Assembly: GCA_963704165.1 (NCBI GenBank)
Contig: CAVPHD010000009.1
Coordinates: forward strand, 32,001-96,000
DNA from: an uncultured delta proteobacterium
GTDB taxonomy: Bacteria > Myxococcota_A > UBA9160 > SZUA-336
Length of the DNA: 64,000 nt
Direction: 5' to 3'
Shown: piece by piece, positions 22,902-34,736 of the stretch
Layout: every line of letters begins with the position of its first letter
How positions within the stretch are numbered: the stretch's first letter is position 1
Program-made: the position numbers and the translations under genes
Notes under the pieces: generated by a model
The model's input: only the letters and a program-made list of their open reading frames with translations
Told to the model about the DNA's origin: nothing
The model's database searches: none

Positions 22902-22975
22902 GGCGATGTAGCTCAGCTGGTTAGAGCAGGCGGCTCATATCCGCCGTGTCGGGGGTTCGAGTCCCTCCATCGCCA
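22902..22975 (+). tRNA. tRNA with CAT anticodon, most likely elongator tRNA-Met; 3' CCA not encoded
   Basis: Acceptor GGCGATG/CATCGCC+A, D-arm TAGCTCAGCTGGTTAGAGC, anticodon arm GGCGG-CTCATAT-CCGCC, T-loop GGTTCGAGTCC. Confidence 0.95.
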
Positions 22976-23010
22976 CGCGCCGCAGAACCAGCACTTCAGG
23001 GAGAGAGCCG

Positions 23011-23616
23011 ATGGCCGTCGCCCAAGCCGACTTCCCGTCCCCCGAGCGGGACATCGCGGCCGGGATCGGAGCCGCACCGCAGACGGCGGTCCTCGCGGGC
23101 GGCTGCTTCTGGTGCACCGAAGCGGTCTTTCAAGCGCTCGATGGCGTACTCGACGTGACGTCCGGCTATGTCGGGGACGTGGCCGCGAAGGCGGATTACG
23201 AGACGGTGTGCGGCGGCGCGACGAACCACGCCGAGGCGATTCGCATCCGCTTCGATCCCGCGCGGATCCGATTCGGCGAGCTTCTGCGGATCTTCTTCTC
23301 GGTCGCGCACGATCCCACGCAAATCGATCGTCAGGGCAACGACATCGGACGTCAGTACCGATCCGCGATCTTCGCGGCCGATGCCGAGCAGAAGAGCGTG
23401 GCCGAGAGCTACATCGTGCAGCTCGACCGCGCGAAGATCTTTCCGGCTCCGATCGCGACGCGTGTCGAGCCGCTCTCGGAGTTCTTCGAGGCCGAGGTTT
23501 ATCACCAGAACTACGCCTCGCGAAATCCGCAGCAGCCCTACATCGCCGCGATCGCGCTCCCGAAAGTCGCGAAGCTTCACAAGCTCTATTCGGAGAGGCT
23601 GAAGTCGCGTCGCTAG
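23011..23616 (+). CDS. msrA: Peptide methionine sulfoxide reductase A
   Basis: GGCFWC, SGY, HAEA, HDPTQ, QGNDIG.QYRS, AEVYHQNY. Confidence 0.96.
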   Translation: MAVAQADFPSPERDIAAGIGAAPQTAVLAGGCFWCTEAVFQALDGVLDVTSGYVGDVAAKADYETVCGGATNHAEAIRIRFDPARIRFGELLRIFFSVAHDPTQIDRQGNDIGRQYRSAIFAADAEQKSVAESYIVQLDRAKIFPAPIATRVEPLSEFFEAEVYHQNYASRNPQQPYIAAIALPKVAKLHKLYSERLKSRR

Positions 23617-23630
23617 GGTACTCTGCGCGC

Positions 23631-25362
<1,732 letters not shown>

Positions 25363-25380
25363 CGATCTCGAGACGCGAGC

Positions 25381-25883
25381 TCAGTCGGCGGGCCCGATCG
25401 CGCGGAGCGCGCGCAGGTCGGACTCGAAACGGGCGGCGAGATCGCCCATCGCGCCCGATCCGGACTCGAGACCCGCGCGGGCGCGCTCACACCACGGCAG
25501 CAGATAGCGCCGGCAGAGTTCCGCGACGAGCACGTCGTCCTCGCGGTCGATCGCGGCCGCAAGGGCCTCGCAGCTCGGTGCGAGGTGATCGGGCGGCAGC
25601 GCCTTGTCCTGCCAGCGGAGTCCGAGGAAGTGCAGGACGCGCATCCACTCCTCGCGGGCGTGCCCCCCTCGAGCCCGAGCGCGGCGTGAAGCAGGAGTGA
25701 GACGGTCGGCAGCGGCGCCCCGACGTGGAAGGCGGACCAGTACTCGGACTCGACGTCCGAGAACGATCCGGGCAGGCCGAGCGCCTCCCACGCTTCGATG
25801 CGCTGCTCGGCGGAGGCCAGCGGGCTCCAGATCCGCGCCCAGCCCACGAAGGGCAGCGCGGCCTCTCGGGCCGCCTGGCTCAC
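25381..25883 (-). CDS. Molybdoenzyme maturation chaperone (TorD/DmsD/EbdD-like delta subunit), frameshifted
   Basis: LPPDHL motif, YLLPW helix; last gene of the molybdoenzyme cluster. Confidence 0.7.
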
Positions 25884-26431
25884 GCGCCGAGCTCGATCCA
25901 CCCGGGCGACACCGACTTCAGGCCGCCGCGATCGTTCTCGGCTCCCTGCCAGACGGCGATGGCGAGCTGACGCCGCGCGTCGAGCACCGCCCAGCTCTCG
26001 AGCTCGAAGACGCAGGCTCCAGCGCCCGCGACTTCCACTCCGCGATCGCGCGCCATCCGGCCGGTGCGATCGCTGCGCGCGACCGTCCCGAGGCCTTCGG
26101 CACGTACACCAAAGAGCGTCTCGCGATCGGCACGCCAGAGCGCGCCCTCGACGGCCTGGCCCGGCGCGCCCATCGTCAGCCATGGGGCGTCCGCGACGAC
26201 GGGCGCGATCACGGCGGCGGCGTCGGCGAAACGATCGACGTCATGTCCGATCTCGCGCGGTGCCTCCGGGCACGCCCAGCCGAGGCGAATCCGCCAGAGC
26301 CCTTCGGACTTCGAAGCCTCGAGATCGACGACCGCGGTTCGCGGCGCGTCGCGGCCGACGTAGGCGACCGGAACGTACCCGCCCGGAGACATCCCCGTCG
26401 GCGCCGCGATCATCGAGATCTTGCTGCGCAT
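25880..26431 (-). CDS. Heme b gamma subunit of type II DMSO-reductase-family enzyme (EbdC-like)
   Basis: FADAAAV, LTMGAPG (candidate Met ligand), AVWQGAENDRGGLKS (candidate Lys ligand). Confidence 0.8.
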   Translation of the reverse strand: MRSKISMIAAPTGMSPGGYVPVAYVGRDAPRTAVVDLEASKSEGLWRIRLGWACPEAPREIGHDVDRFADAAAVIAPVVADAPWLTMGAPGQAVEGALWRADRETLFGVRAEGLGTVARSDRTGRMARDRGVEVAGAGACVFELESWAVLDARRQLAIAVWQGAENDRGGLKSVSPGWIELGA

Positions 26432-27460
26432 CAGAGCACCTCTCGCTGGCGCGGGCCGAGCGCGAAGTTCTGGTTCCAGTCGTACGCGATCAGAAGATCC
26501 ATCAGCTCGCTCGTCTCGCCCGCGCGCCGCTTTGCGCGCTCGCGCTCGAGCGTCGCGAGCACCTCGTGCACCCGCTCGCCGAAGAGGCTGACGAGATACT
26601 GCGTGGGAATGCGCGGCTCACTCGTCGGGCGTCCCTTCTCGTCGAGCTTCGGCGGGCTCATCGGCGGCACGTAGAAGACGTTCGGTCCGAGCTCGAACTC
26701 CGGATGCAGAGGCAGCGCCACGCGGTAGCCGTGAACGAGCTTCCAGATCGGCCCCTCCTCGTCGTCGAGATAGCCGACGAAGCGCAGACGGCCCGGGCAC
26801 TGCCGCGCACACGCCGGCGCGACGCCCTCCTCGATGCGCGGGAGACAGAAGATGCACTTCGTCGAGACCTGTCGCTGCGGATCGAAGTAGACCTTCTTGT
26901 ACGGGCACGCCTCGACACAGAAGCGGTAGCCGTGACAGCGGTCCTGATCGACGAGCACGATGCCGTCCTCGTCGCGCTTCTCGATCGCGTGCGCGCGGGC
27001 ATGCGTCGAGGCACGCCGGATGCGTGCAGTGGTTGCAGAGCCGCGGCAGGTAGAAGTAGTGGTTTTCCTGGGGGTAGTCGCCGGCACCGCGATCCTCGTC
27101 CCAGTTCGCGCCCCAGCGCGGCGCGCCGTCGGGTCGCAGCCACGGCTTTCCCTCGCCCTCGCCGGAGCGCTTGCGCACCGCGTCGTGATTGAAGGTCCAG
27201 GCACGCCCGTACTCGTCGTCGAGAGTGGGGATCCGGCCGGCCTTGACCTCGCCGGTTGGCGTCCGACCGCCGCTCGCATCCCAGTTCCGCGGATAGCCCG
27301 CGCCCGGGAGTGTCTCGACGTTGTTCCAGTAGGCGTAGCCGGTACCGGTGTCGGTGTTCCAGAGCTTCTTGCACGCGATCGTGCAGGTCTGACATCCGAT
27401 GCACTTGTTGAGGTCGAGCACCATCGCGATCTGTCGCTTCGACGGGTTCTCGTTCGCCAT
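26431..27460 (-). CDS. Fe-S beta subunit (EbdB/NarH-like), frameshift near 27000
   Basis: DLNKCIGCQTCTIACK, YLPRLCNHCTHPAC, CHGYRFCVEACPY, KCIFCLPR, CARQCPGR. Confidence 0.92.
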
Positions 27461-27462
27461 GT

Positions 27463-30445
27463 CTAGGCCTCCTGCGCCGCGCGGATCGCATCGACCGCAT
27501 CGGGCCTTCGGGGACGGATCGCGACTCGCGTGTCCTGGACCTGCGTGCCGGGCGCCCACACGCCGAATCGCCAGCGGAGCTGACCCTCGCCGCCGGCGAA
27601 GTGGAGCGGGTTCATCAGTCCCGGAGTCACGAACTTGTAGCTCTCGTGCTTCGGGAACTGGTGCGGCTCCCACGCGTGGAAGTAGTACGCGACCGCGGGC
27701 CGGACCATCGATCGAGTACTTCACACGCATGAAGATCAGTCCGAAGCGGTTCTCGACTTCGGCCCATTCTCCGTCCGCGATGCCGAGCCTCTCCGCATCG
27801 CGCGGGTTCAGATACAGCGCGGGTTCGCCCGCGCTGCAGGCGCAGCAGCAGCGGATCGTCGCGCCAGACGCTGTGGATGCTCCAGCGCGCGTGACAGGAA
27901 ATGAGCTGGAACGGGAGGTCGCCTCCCGCCTTCGGGCTCTCGATGTGCGACGGCAGCGCCTCGCCGGCCTCGAGGAACCATGGATGATCGATGTAGAACT
28001 GCTGTCGGCCCGTCCGCGTCGGCCAGGGCCACTTTTCCTCGGTGAAGTGGGTGCACGCGCGGAGCACGCCCTCGCCCTTCCAGGAGTCGTTGAAGAGCTG
28101 CGGCTGGCCTCCCGGGCCACCCGCCCCCTTGAACTTCTCGATCCCGGTGCGCTCGAGCCCAGCGACCGTCATTCCCTCGGTCGTGCCCGCACTGTCCAGG
28201 ATGTGCTGCATGACTTTCTCGGTGTCGCCGGGGCCGAACTCGCCATGGAACGAGAAGCGGTCTCCGATCGTCTGAAGATCGACCTCGAGCTTGCCGCAGC
28301 CCGGCGAGCACGGGCGTGCCGCGCTCGCGCGCGACGCGCTGCACCTCTTGAGCGAGGCGCCAGAAGATCTCCCACTCGTCCTTCGAATCACCGACGGGAG
28401 GAACCGCCGCGTCGCAGTAGTGGAGATACGGGATGTAGGCGACCGTGTACTTGATGCCGCGTTTCTCGTAGTAGCCCGCAGCAGGCAGCAGGTAGTCGGC
28501 GTGCATGCCGGTGAACGTGAACTTCGGATTGACGTCGACCACCAGATCGAGACCGGGCCAGAGATGCTCGAGCGAACGCTGCGGCAGATTCGAGCGCCGC
28601 AGCACGTTGTTTCCGCCGGTCACCCAGGCGCGCGCCGCCTTGCGTCGGGTAGCGCGGCATCCAGCCCTTCTCGCGCGCCTCGCGGTCGTATTCCGTGAGA
28701 GGTCGAGGATGAAGACCTGCCTGCACCTGATCCAGATCCGCCGCCACGCCCTGGTAGCCGAGATTGAAGCTCGCGGCGTTGCCGATGCACGCGAGTTCTT
28801 CGCCGGCATCCGCACCCAGCTCCCAGAGCGCGCGCTGGGCGCTGATCCGCCCGCGCACGCGCTCGACGGCGAGGTCGAAGAGCGTGGTCATGTCGAGGTG
28901 CATGAAGAGCTCGAGGCGCCCGCGCAGTCCCCGTGTGGCTCGCCGATGCCGAGCCCGCCGGTCTCGATCCAGCCGGTCGAGTGGTAGCCCGCGCCCTTGC
29001 GGCCGACGGCCCCCTTGAGCGAGAGGCAGAGGATCTTCGCGCGATTCATCTGGTCCGAGTGAAAGAAGCGGTTCGAGCCCCAGCTCGAGAGCACCATCGG
29101 GTCGCTTCGCCTTCGCGAAGCCTTCGGCGAAGCGCTCGATCTGCTCGGGCGGCGAGCCCGGTCACCTCGGCCGTCGCCGCCATCGTCCAGGGCTCGAGGT
29201 GCTCGCGCAGGAGGGAACCCACGGGGACGACGGCGGCTTCGCGTGCCGTCGCGCAGCTTCACCGCGAAGCGACCTTCGATCGGCGGCTCGAAAGCTCCGC
29301 CGTCGAGCTTCGGCACGTCGCCGTTGCCGGGAGCGCCCGGCGCGGCCACGGGCATGGCCGGACGCGGGGTCCCAGACGTACACGAGTTCGTGTCCCCCGC
29401 CCTCGCGCAGATCCGCCTCGGTCAGGAAGCGACCGGTGTCGAGCCGCACCAGGATCGGCAGATCGGTCTGCTCGCGCACGTAGGCGAGATCGATCCGGCC
29501 GGTGTCCCAGATGTGCCGCGCCGTCGCGAGCGCGAGTGCCGCATCCGTCCCCGGTTTGATCGGGATCCACTGATCCGCGTGCACGGCGGTGGCGCTGTAC
29601 TGCGGATCGATCACGACCAGCTCCGCACCGTCGTACTTCGCCTCGAACAGGAAGTGCGCGTCGGGGATCTGGGTGACGGCCGGATTCATCATCCAGACGA
29701 CGAGGTAATCGGAGAGGAACCACTCGTCGGAGCTGCCGCCGACGTGGGGGAAGCCGAAGGTCAGCGTGGCGCCGTGGTTCAGGTCGCCGATCTCCGCCCA
29801 GTCGTCGGAGAGCGTGGCACCGGCGAGGCCGAAGAAGCGCACGCGCCCGGCCGTCGTCGGCCCCTGGTCGAAGTGGGGACCGAGGTCGTGGATGATGCTG
29901 TCGGTGCCGTCCTTCTCGGCGATCGTCACGAGCTTCTCGGCGATCTCGCGCAGGGCCGTGTCCCAGGAGATCTGCTGCCACTGCCCGCCGCCGCGCGGTC
30001 CGACGCGCTTCAGCGGCACGGTGAGTCGGCTCGGACCGTACATGACCTCGGTGTAGCAGGCGCCCTTCTGGCAACCGCGCGGGTTGAAGTCGGGTACGCC
30101 GGGCTCCGACGCCGTGTAGTTCGCGGTCTGCTCCTCGCGAACGACGATGCCGTCCTTCACGTAGAGATCGAAGTTGCAGGCGCTCCGGCAGTTCAACCAA
30201 CCGTGCGTTCCCTTCGCGACGCGATCCCAGCTCCAGCGCTGACGGTAGAGATCCTGCCAGCTGCCGAGCTTCGCCGGGTTGCGTGCGACGCTCGCCCCCG
30301 CGAGATCGGCGGCGATCGCCTCCTCGCGTAGGTGGAGGAAGGGAAGGCTCCCGGCCGCGGTGGCGACCGCCGCGAGTCCCGAGAGCTTGAGGAAGTGGCG
30401 ACGGTCGAGCCAGAGGTGGCCACTTCGGCCTTCGGAACCAGTCAT
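27463..30445 (-). CDS. Tat-exported Mo-bisPGD catalytic alpha subunit, type II DMSO-reductase family (multiple frameshifts)
   Basis: DRRHFLK twin-Arg; THGWLNCRSAC...NPRGCQKG Fe-S motif; WAEIGD candidate Asp Mo-ligand; PGTDAALAL; DYLLPAAGYYEK; HARWSIHS. Confidence 0.92.
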
Positions 30446-30491
30446 GGTGTTCTCCCCAATTCGAACTCCAACTCCGGGCGCGTTCGCGGCC

Positions 30492-31175
30492 TCACGGGAG
30501 GTGCTCCGCGCGAAGGGGCGGAAGGATCTGCAGATACATACAGACCGACGCGATCGCCTCGCGCACGAAGCTCGCGTCGTCCAGCGTCTCGAAGCCCGAA
30601 CCCAGGACCCCACCCTCGAGGCGCAGAAGCAGCATCGCGCGGAGCTGCTCGAGCGCGAATCCGACCGCGAGATTCGGATCCGCGTGTCCGATCTCGTCGC
30701 GACGGGCGAGCATCAGGTTCGCGAGACGCCGACTCAGCTCATGGTGAAGCTCGAGGGACTCCGCGGCGATGGACGGATCGCTGAGCGCCAGAGCCAACCG
30801 CGCGCGCGACAGGCCCGCGTGTTGGCGGCCGACTTCGAGCGAGAATTCGAGGTAGGCCTCGAGGATCTCGGCGATCGACGCACCGTCCCACCGGACCGGA
30901 TCGACGGCGGACTGCATGGTCTCGCGGAACTCATGGCCGAGGCGGTCGAGAAGCGCGTAGATCAGACCGGCCTTGTCGCGGAAATGGTGGTAGAACGCGC
31001 CCACGGAGCAGCCCGCTCGCGCGGCGACGTCGCCCACGGCGGTGTCGTCGATGCCCTTCTCCGAGATCAGCGCTTCCGCGGCATCGAGCAGCTGGATCAG
31101 CGTGCGCCGGCTGCGCGGCTGGCGTGAGGTCCGGACCCAGCGGAGATCGGCGATCCAGGGACTTCTCGGCATCAC
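30492..31175 (-). CDS. TetR/AcrR-family transcriptional regulator
   Basis: RQPRSRRT..LLDAA, VAARAGCSVGAFYHHFRDK HTH. Confidence 0.92.
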   Translation of the reverse strand: MMPRSPWIADLRWVRTSRQPRSRRTLIQLLDAAEALISEKGIDDTAVGDVAARAGCSVGAFYHHFRDKAGLIYALLDRLGHEFRETMQSAVDPVRWDGASIAEILEAYLEFSLEVGRQHAGLSRARLALALSDPSIAAESLELHHELSRRLANLMLARRDEIGHADPNLAVGFALEQLRAMLLLRLEGGVLGSGFETLDDASFVREAIASVCMYLQILPPLRAEHLP

Positions 31176-31225
31176 CCCGCCCTTCCCGATCGACTTCCCT
31201 AACCATTCGAAATCAACTCAAGATA

Positions 31226-31281
31226 AATCAGAACCAGAACTCGGCTTTTGTATTCTGGCCGAAGCGGCGCAAGCCCGTCAA
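31226..31281 (-). promoter_or_regulatory. Candidate sigma70 promoter (TTGACG-N18-CAGAAT) with overlapping imperfect inverted repeat (candidate TetR operator)
   Basis: AT-rich patch; CCAGAA (31234-31239)...TTCTGG (31253-31258) overlaps the -10 element. Confidence 0.5.
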
Positions 31282-31295
31282 GGATGGGAAGAACT

Positions 31296-31940
31296 CTAGA
31301 CGCCCTTCGTCTCCGCACCCCAGATGTACTTGTGAAGCTGCAGGTTCAGGCGCACGCGCAATCCGTCTTCCTGAATCCAACGCGCGAGATCGCGGGGGTC
31401 GAGTCCGCCATGGACCGGTGAGAGATTGATCGGCACCCGATCCTCGAGTCTCTCTGCACGGATCAGCTGCAGCGCCCATTCGTAGTCGGCGCGATCGCAG
31501 ATCACGAACTTCAGCTCGTCGCCGGAGCGAAGGCGTGCGAGGTTCGAGAGATCGTTGCGCGCGACCATCGCGCTGCCGGGAGTCTTCACGTCGACGATCG
31601 CGCGCACGCGAGGATCGAGGACCGAGATGTCGTGGTGGCCGCCGGTCTCGATCAGGACCGTGTAGCCCGCATCGCAGAGCCGGCGTGCGAGCTCGGGAAC
31701 GGCCTTGTGCAGCAGGGGCTCGCCGCCGGTCAGCTCGACCATGTGCGTTCCGAGCTTCGCCACGCGCGCGAGCACCTCGTCGACCTCGAGCAGCTCGCCG
31801 CCGCTGAACGCCTGCGGCTCGTCGCAGTACGTGCAGCGAATGTCGCATCCGGTCGTGCGCACGAAGACGCACGGCCAACCGGAGTGCGTCGATTCGCCCT
31901 GGATCGAGCGATAGATCTCCTTGACGCGCAGCTCGGACAC
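31296..31940 (-). CDS. queE: 7-carboxy-7-deazaguanine synthase (radical SAM)
   Basis: EIYRSIQGES, VRTTGCDIRCTYCD, TGGEP, LNLQLHKYIW. Confidence 0.92.
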   Translation of the reverse strand: MSELRVKEIYRSIQGESTHSGWPCVFVRTTGCDIRCTYCDEPQAFSGGELLEVDEVLARVAKLGTHMVELTGGEPLLHKAVPELARRLCDAGYTVLIETGGHHDISVLDPRVRAIVDVKTPGSAMVARNDLSNLARLRSGDELKFVICDRADYEWALQLIRAERLEDRVPINLSPVHGGLDPRDLARWIQEDGLRVRLNLQLHKYIWGAETKGV

Positions 31941-31945
31941 GGCGT

Positions 31946-34654
31946 TCAGCCGTAGAGAACGGAGCGATGGCGCACGATCTCGCCGATCAGGGCCTCCATG
32001 CGCTCCGGATGCTCGGGCAGGCCTTCGATTCGCGCGCGGCCGATTCGGTCGCCGCCGCTCTTCGGAACCACCCACGGCTGATGGCTACCGACGGCGTCGA
32101 GCAGGCCGGAGACGTTGAGCGGCCGTTTCTCGTCGTTGCAGGACAGCAGCACGATGTCGTCGCCTTCGAGCGTGGCGAGCGAGAGGCGCGCGCCGGTGCG
32201 CAGTCTCAGTCGCCGGCCGATCTCGCCCGGATCCAGATTCGCGGGCACGCGCGCGACCGCGAGCTGGTACTCGCCGAAGTGCACCATGCGCGGGTCGTTC
32301 GCCTCGACCCAGTCGGTCTCCGCGCGATACACGTCCGGCGCCGATGGCAGATCGATCGGCTTGCCGGCGAGCACCGGCATGATCTCGGCTCGGTGTTCTC
32401 CCGGGTTCTCCGCCATTCGCTTGATCAGCGCGATCACGCGATTGCCCCACTTCTGCATGTCGGCGTCGGAAAGACGGCGCGCCGATAGATCGACGAGCTT
32501 GTCGGTGAAGCGGCTGCGCCGCTCCGTCACCTGGCTGACGGCTCCGAGCGGGCTCGTGGCGTTCTCTTCGATCACGATCGAATCCCGCCCGAGAACCGCA
32601 CGCAGGCGCTCGAGATCCTCGATCGCCCATTCGTGATGGTCAAACCATTGCAGCCGGCCGCGGAACAGCTCCGCAGTGTCGAGCACTTCTTTCGGGCGCG
32701 GCTGCGCGCTGCAGCCCACGACGAGCACGTCGACGTTCTCGGCGATGTCCGTCGCCGGTCCCTTGAAGAAGTCCATCAACCCGTCTTGCGGCGTGACGCG
32801 GAACGACACGATCGTGCGTCGGTCTCGTGCGAGTACGAGCGCGGCGAGGATCGAATCCGGATCGTCGCGGACGAGGATCGCGGCGCGCTGCCTGCGCGCA
32901 CGCGGTGGCGAGACCTCGACCGGCTCCGCGGCGGGACCCGCTTCGGGCTCCTCGTCGCCGTCGGTGAGGGTGGCTTCCAGGTCGCTCGTGAGCTGTTCGT
33001 CCAGAGCCGAGGCGGCGATGGGCGACGCCTCTTCATCGGTCGCGTCCGCGGCGTCGCGCGGTTCGAGCTCGTCATCGCGCGCGTCGCCGCGAGTCTCGGC
33101 CTCGCCCGCGATTCCGTCCGCGTCCTCGGACGTACCCAGCCGAGCTCCCTCTTCGGATCGCGCCCCGCCACCGCGCCGACCACCGCGACGTCTGCGTCCG
33201 CGACGACCCCGCGATCGCCCCGATTCCTCCTCGCCGACGGGCGCATCCGAAGCTTCCGCCTCGGGCTCGCGCTCCGCTTCGAACGAGGCCGCGTGTTCGA
33301 ACTCGCCCCCGTCGTCGCGCTTCCCTTCCGACGTACCGACGGCGAGCTCGGCCGCTCGGCGAGCTTCACGTCGGGCGTTTCGCTCCTCCGCCGCAGCGGC
33401 CGCGTCGTAGACACTCGCCGCGGCCCCGCCGGACTCGCGGTCGCCGTCGCGCCGCCGGCGACGTCCACGCCGCCCCCCGCGACGCTGCGACCGACCATCG
33501 TCTTCGCGCGTCTCGTCACCATCCAGAGCGTCGTCGGATTCCCGAGCCACCTCGGATGTGAACTCGCGCGCCGGCGCTTCCGGAAGACCGCGCTCTCCGA
33601 TCGGGCCCGCGAGTACCTCGAGGATCTCGCGCGCCTCGTCGGCGATCCCGTCCGCCGAGATGAAAATCCGCGGCGCACCGATCGCACCCGGGCTCCAGAT
33701 CTCGCGATCGAGATCGAGCAGGTGCCAGCCCGCGACCAGACCGGGGACGTCCGAGACTTCGATCCGAGGTCGAATCGCGCCGACGACGGGCCGACCCGCG
33801 ATGTCGATGCCGACCCAGTCGATCGCATCGTCTCCTTGCTCGTTCCAGGGAAGCCAGCGCGCGGTGACGCCCGCGTGCGCCTCGTCGGCACAGCGCTCCA
33901 CCAACGCATCGCGCCGGGCCGCGGAACCGTCGAGCAGCTTCGTGTCGTCTGCGAGTCGCACGACCCACTCGTGCAGATCCGCGCCAATCCGCGCGAAGCC
34001 TGCCTCGGTCGCGCGAATGGTTCGGTTCTCGGGAAGGGCGATCGAGACGACGACCTCGTCGCCCTCGACGCTGACACGCGCGGCGCGCTCGCCGCGCACG
34101 TACAGCAGGTAGCTCGACCCCGCAGGGCGAACTCCGCCGCCCCCGGAAACGGCCGAAGCGCCCTCGAGTACGCGCAGCACGCGGGCGAGCAGGTTCGTGC
34201 TGCCGCCGACGATGGAGGGCCGGGCGGGTGCGGGATGACTCTCGAGCTCGAAGGTCGCGCCTTCCTCCGCCAGCGCCGGCAACGCCAGCAGGTGCACCGA
34301 CGGACCGCACTCGGCTGCGCGCGAAGCCGCGCGCCGGGTGCGCAGAGAGAACTGCGGAGCGGCGATCAGGACCTCGTTCAAGCTGCGGCCACCACCCGCT
34401 CGGCGCGCGGCGATCCGCGCCCAGCCGAGCAGGTCGAGGCCATCCCGGCGGCTCGCGAGCAGAGCGATCGGGCGATTGCCCTGCCATCGCGCCACGCCGG
34501 CCTCCAGACCCTCCGGAAGCTCGTCGAAATTCTCCAGCTCGCGGACCTCGACCAGATCGATGCCGCGCAGATCGCGAAGTCGATCGAGCATACGTCCGCC
34601 GCCGCTGCCGCCGCGGCCGAACCAGCGACCGGCTCCCCAGCCTCGCTTCCTCAA
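31946..34654 (-). CDS. Large uncharacterised protein: folded N-domain, charged disordered linker, degenerate DHH/DHHA1-like C-domain
   Basis: Uninterrupted 902-aa ORF, GGAGGA before TTG; DDPDS and WFDHHEW motifs. Confidence 0.75.
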   Translation of the reverse strand: MRKRGWGAGRWFGRGGSGGGRMLDRLRDLRGIDLVEVRELENFDELPEGLEAGVARWQGNRPIALLASRRDGLDLLGWARIAARRAGGGRSLNEVLIAAPQFSLRTRRAASRAAECGPSVHLLALPALAEEGATFELESHPAPARPSIVGGSTNLLARVLRVLEGASAVSGGGGVRPAGSSYLLYVRGERAARVSVEGDEVVVSIALPENRTIRATEAGFARIGADLHEWVVRLADDTKLLDGSAARRDALVERCADEAHAGVTARWLPWNEQGDDAIDWVGIDIAGRPVVGAIRPRIEVSDVPGLVAGWHLLDLDREIWSPGAIGAPRIFISADGIADEAREILEVLAGPIGERGLPEAPAREFTSEVARESDDALDGDETREDDGRSQRRGGRRGRRRRRDGDRESGGAAASVYDAAAAAEERNARREARRAAELAVGTSEGKRDDGGEFEHAASFEAEREPEAEASDAPVGEEESGRSRGRRGRRRRGGRRGGGARSEEGARLGTSEDADGIAGEAETRGDARDDELEPRDAADATDEEASPIAASALDEQLTSDLEATLTDGDEEPEAGPAAEPVEVSPPRARRQRAAILVRDDPDSILAALVLARDRRTIVSFRVTPQDGLMDFFKGPATDIAENVDVLVVGCSAQPRPKEVLDTAELFRGRLQWFDHHEWAIEDLERLRAVLGRDSIVIEENATSPLGAVSQVTERRSRFTDKLVDLSARRLSDADMQKWGNRVIALIKRMAENPGEHRAEIMPVLAGKPIDLPSAPDVYRAETDWVEANDPRMVHFGEYQLAVARVPANLDPGEIGRRLRLRTGARLSLATLEGDDIVLLSCNDEKRPLNVSGLLDAVGSHQPWVVPKSGGDRIGRARIEGLPEHPERMEALIGEIVRHRSVLYG

Positions 34655-34736
34655 GCTGAGTCCTCCTGCATCGCGGCGCCAACTCTATCCGCCACGACGA
34701 CCGCCGCCAGAGGGCCGGCGCACGGAATCGGTCCGT

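Noticed and set aside
22902..22975. tRNA-Ile2 or initiator tRNA identity
   Set aside because: Paired G1-C72 and no three consecutive G-C pairs next to the anticodon loop argue against initiator; overall sequence resembles elongator Met, though Ile2 is not formally excluded
27463..30445. Respiratory nitrate reductase NarGHJI
   Set aside because: Alpha is about 990 codons with a Tat signal, gamma is soluble EbdC-like rather than membrane NarI, and no narK is present
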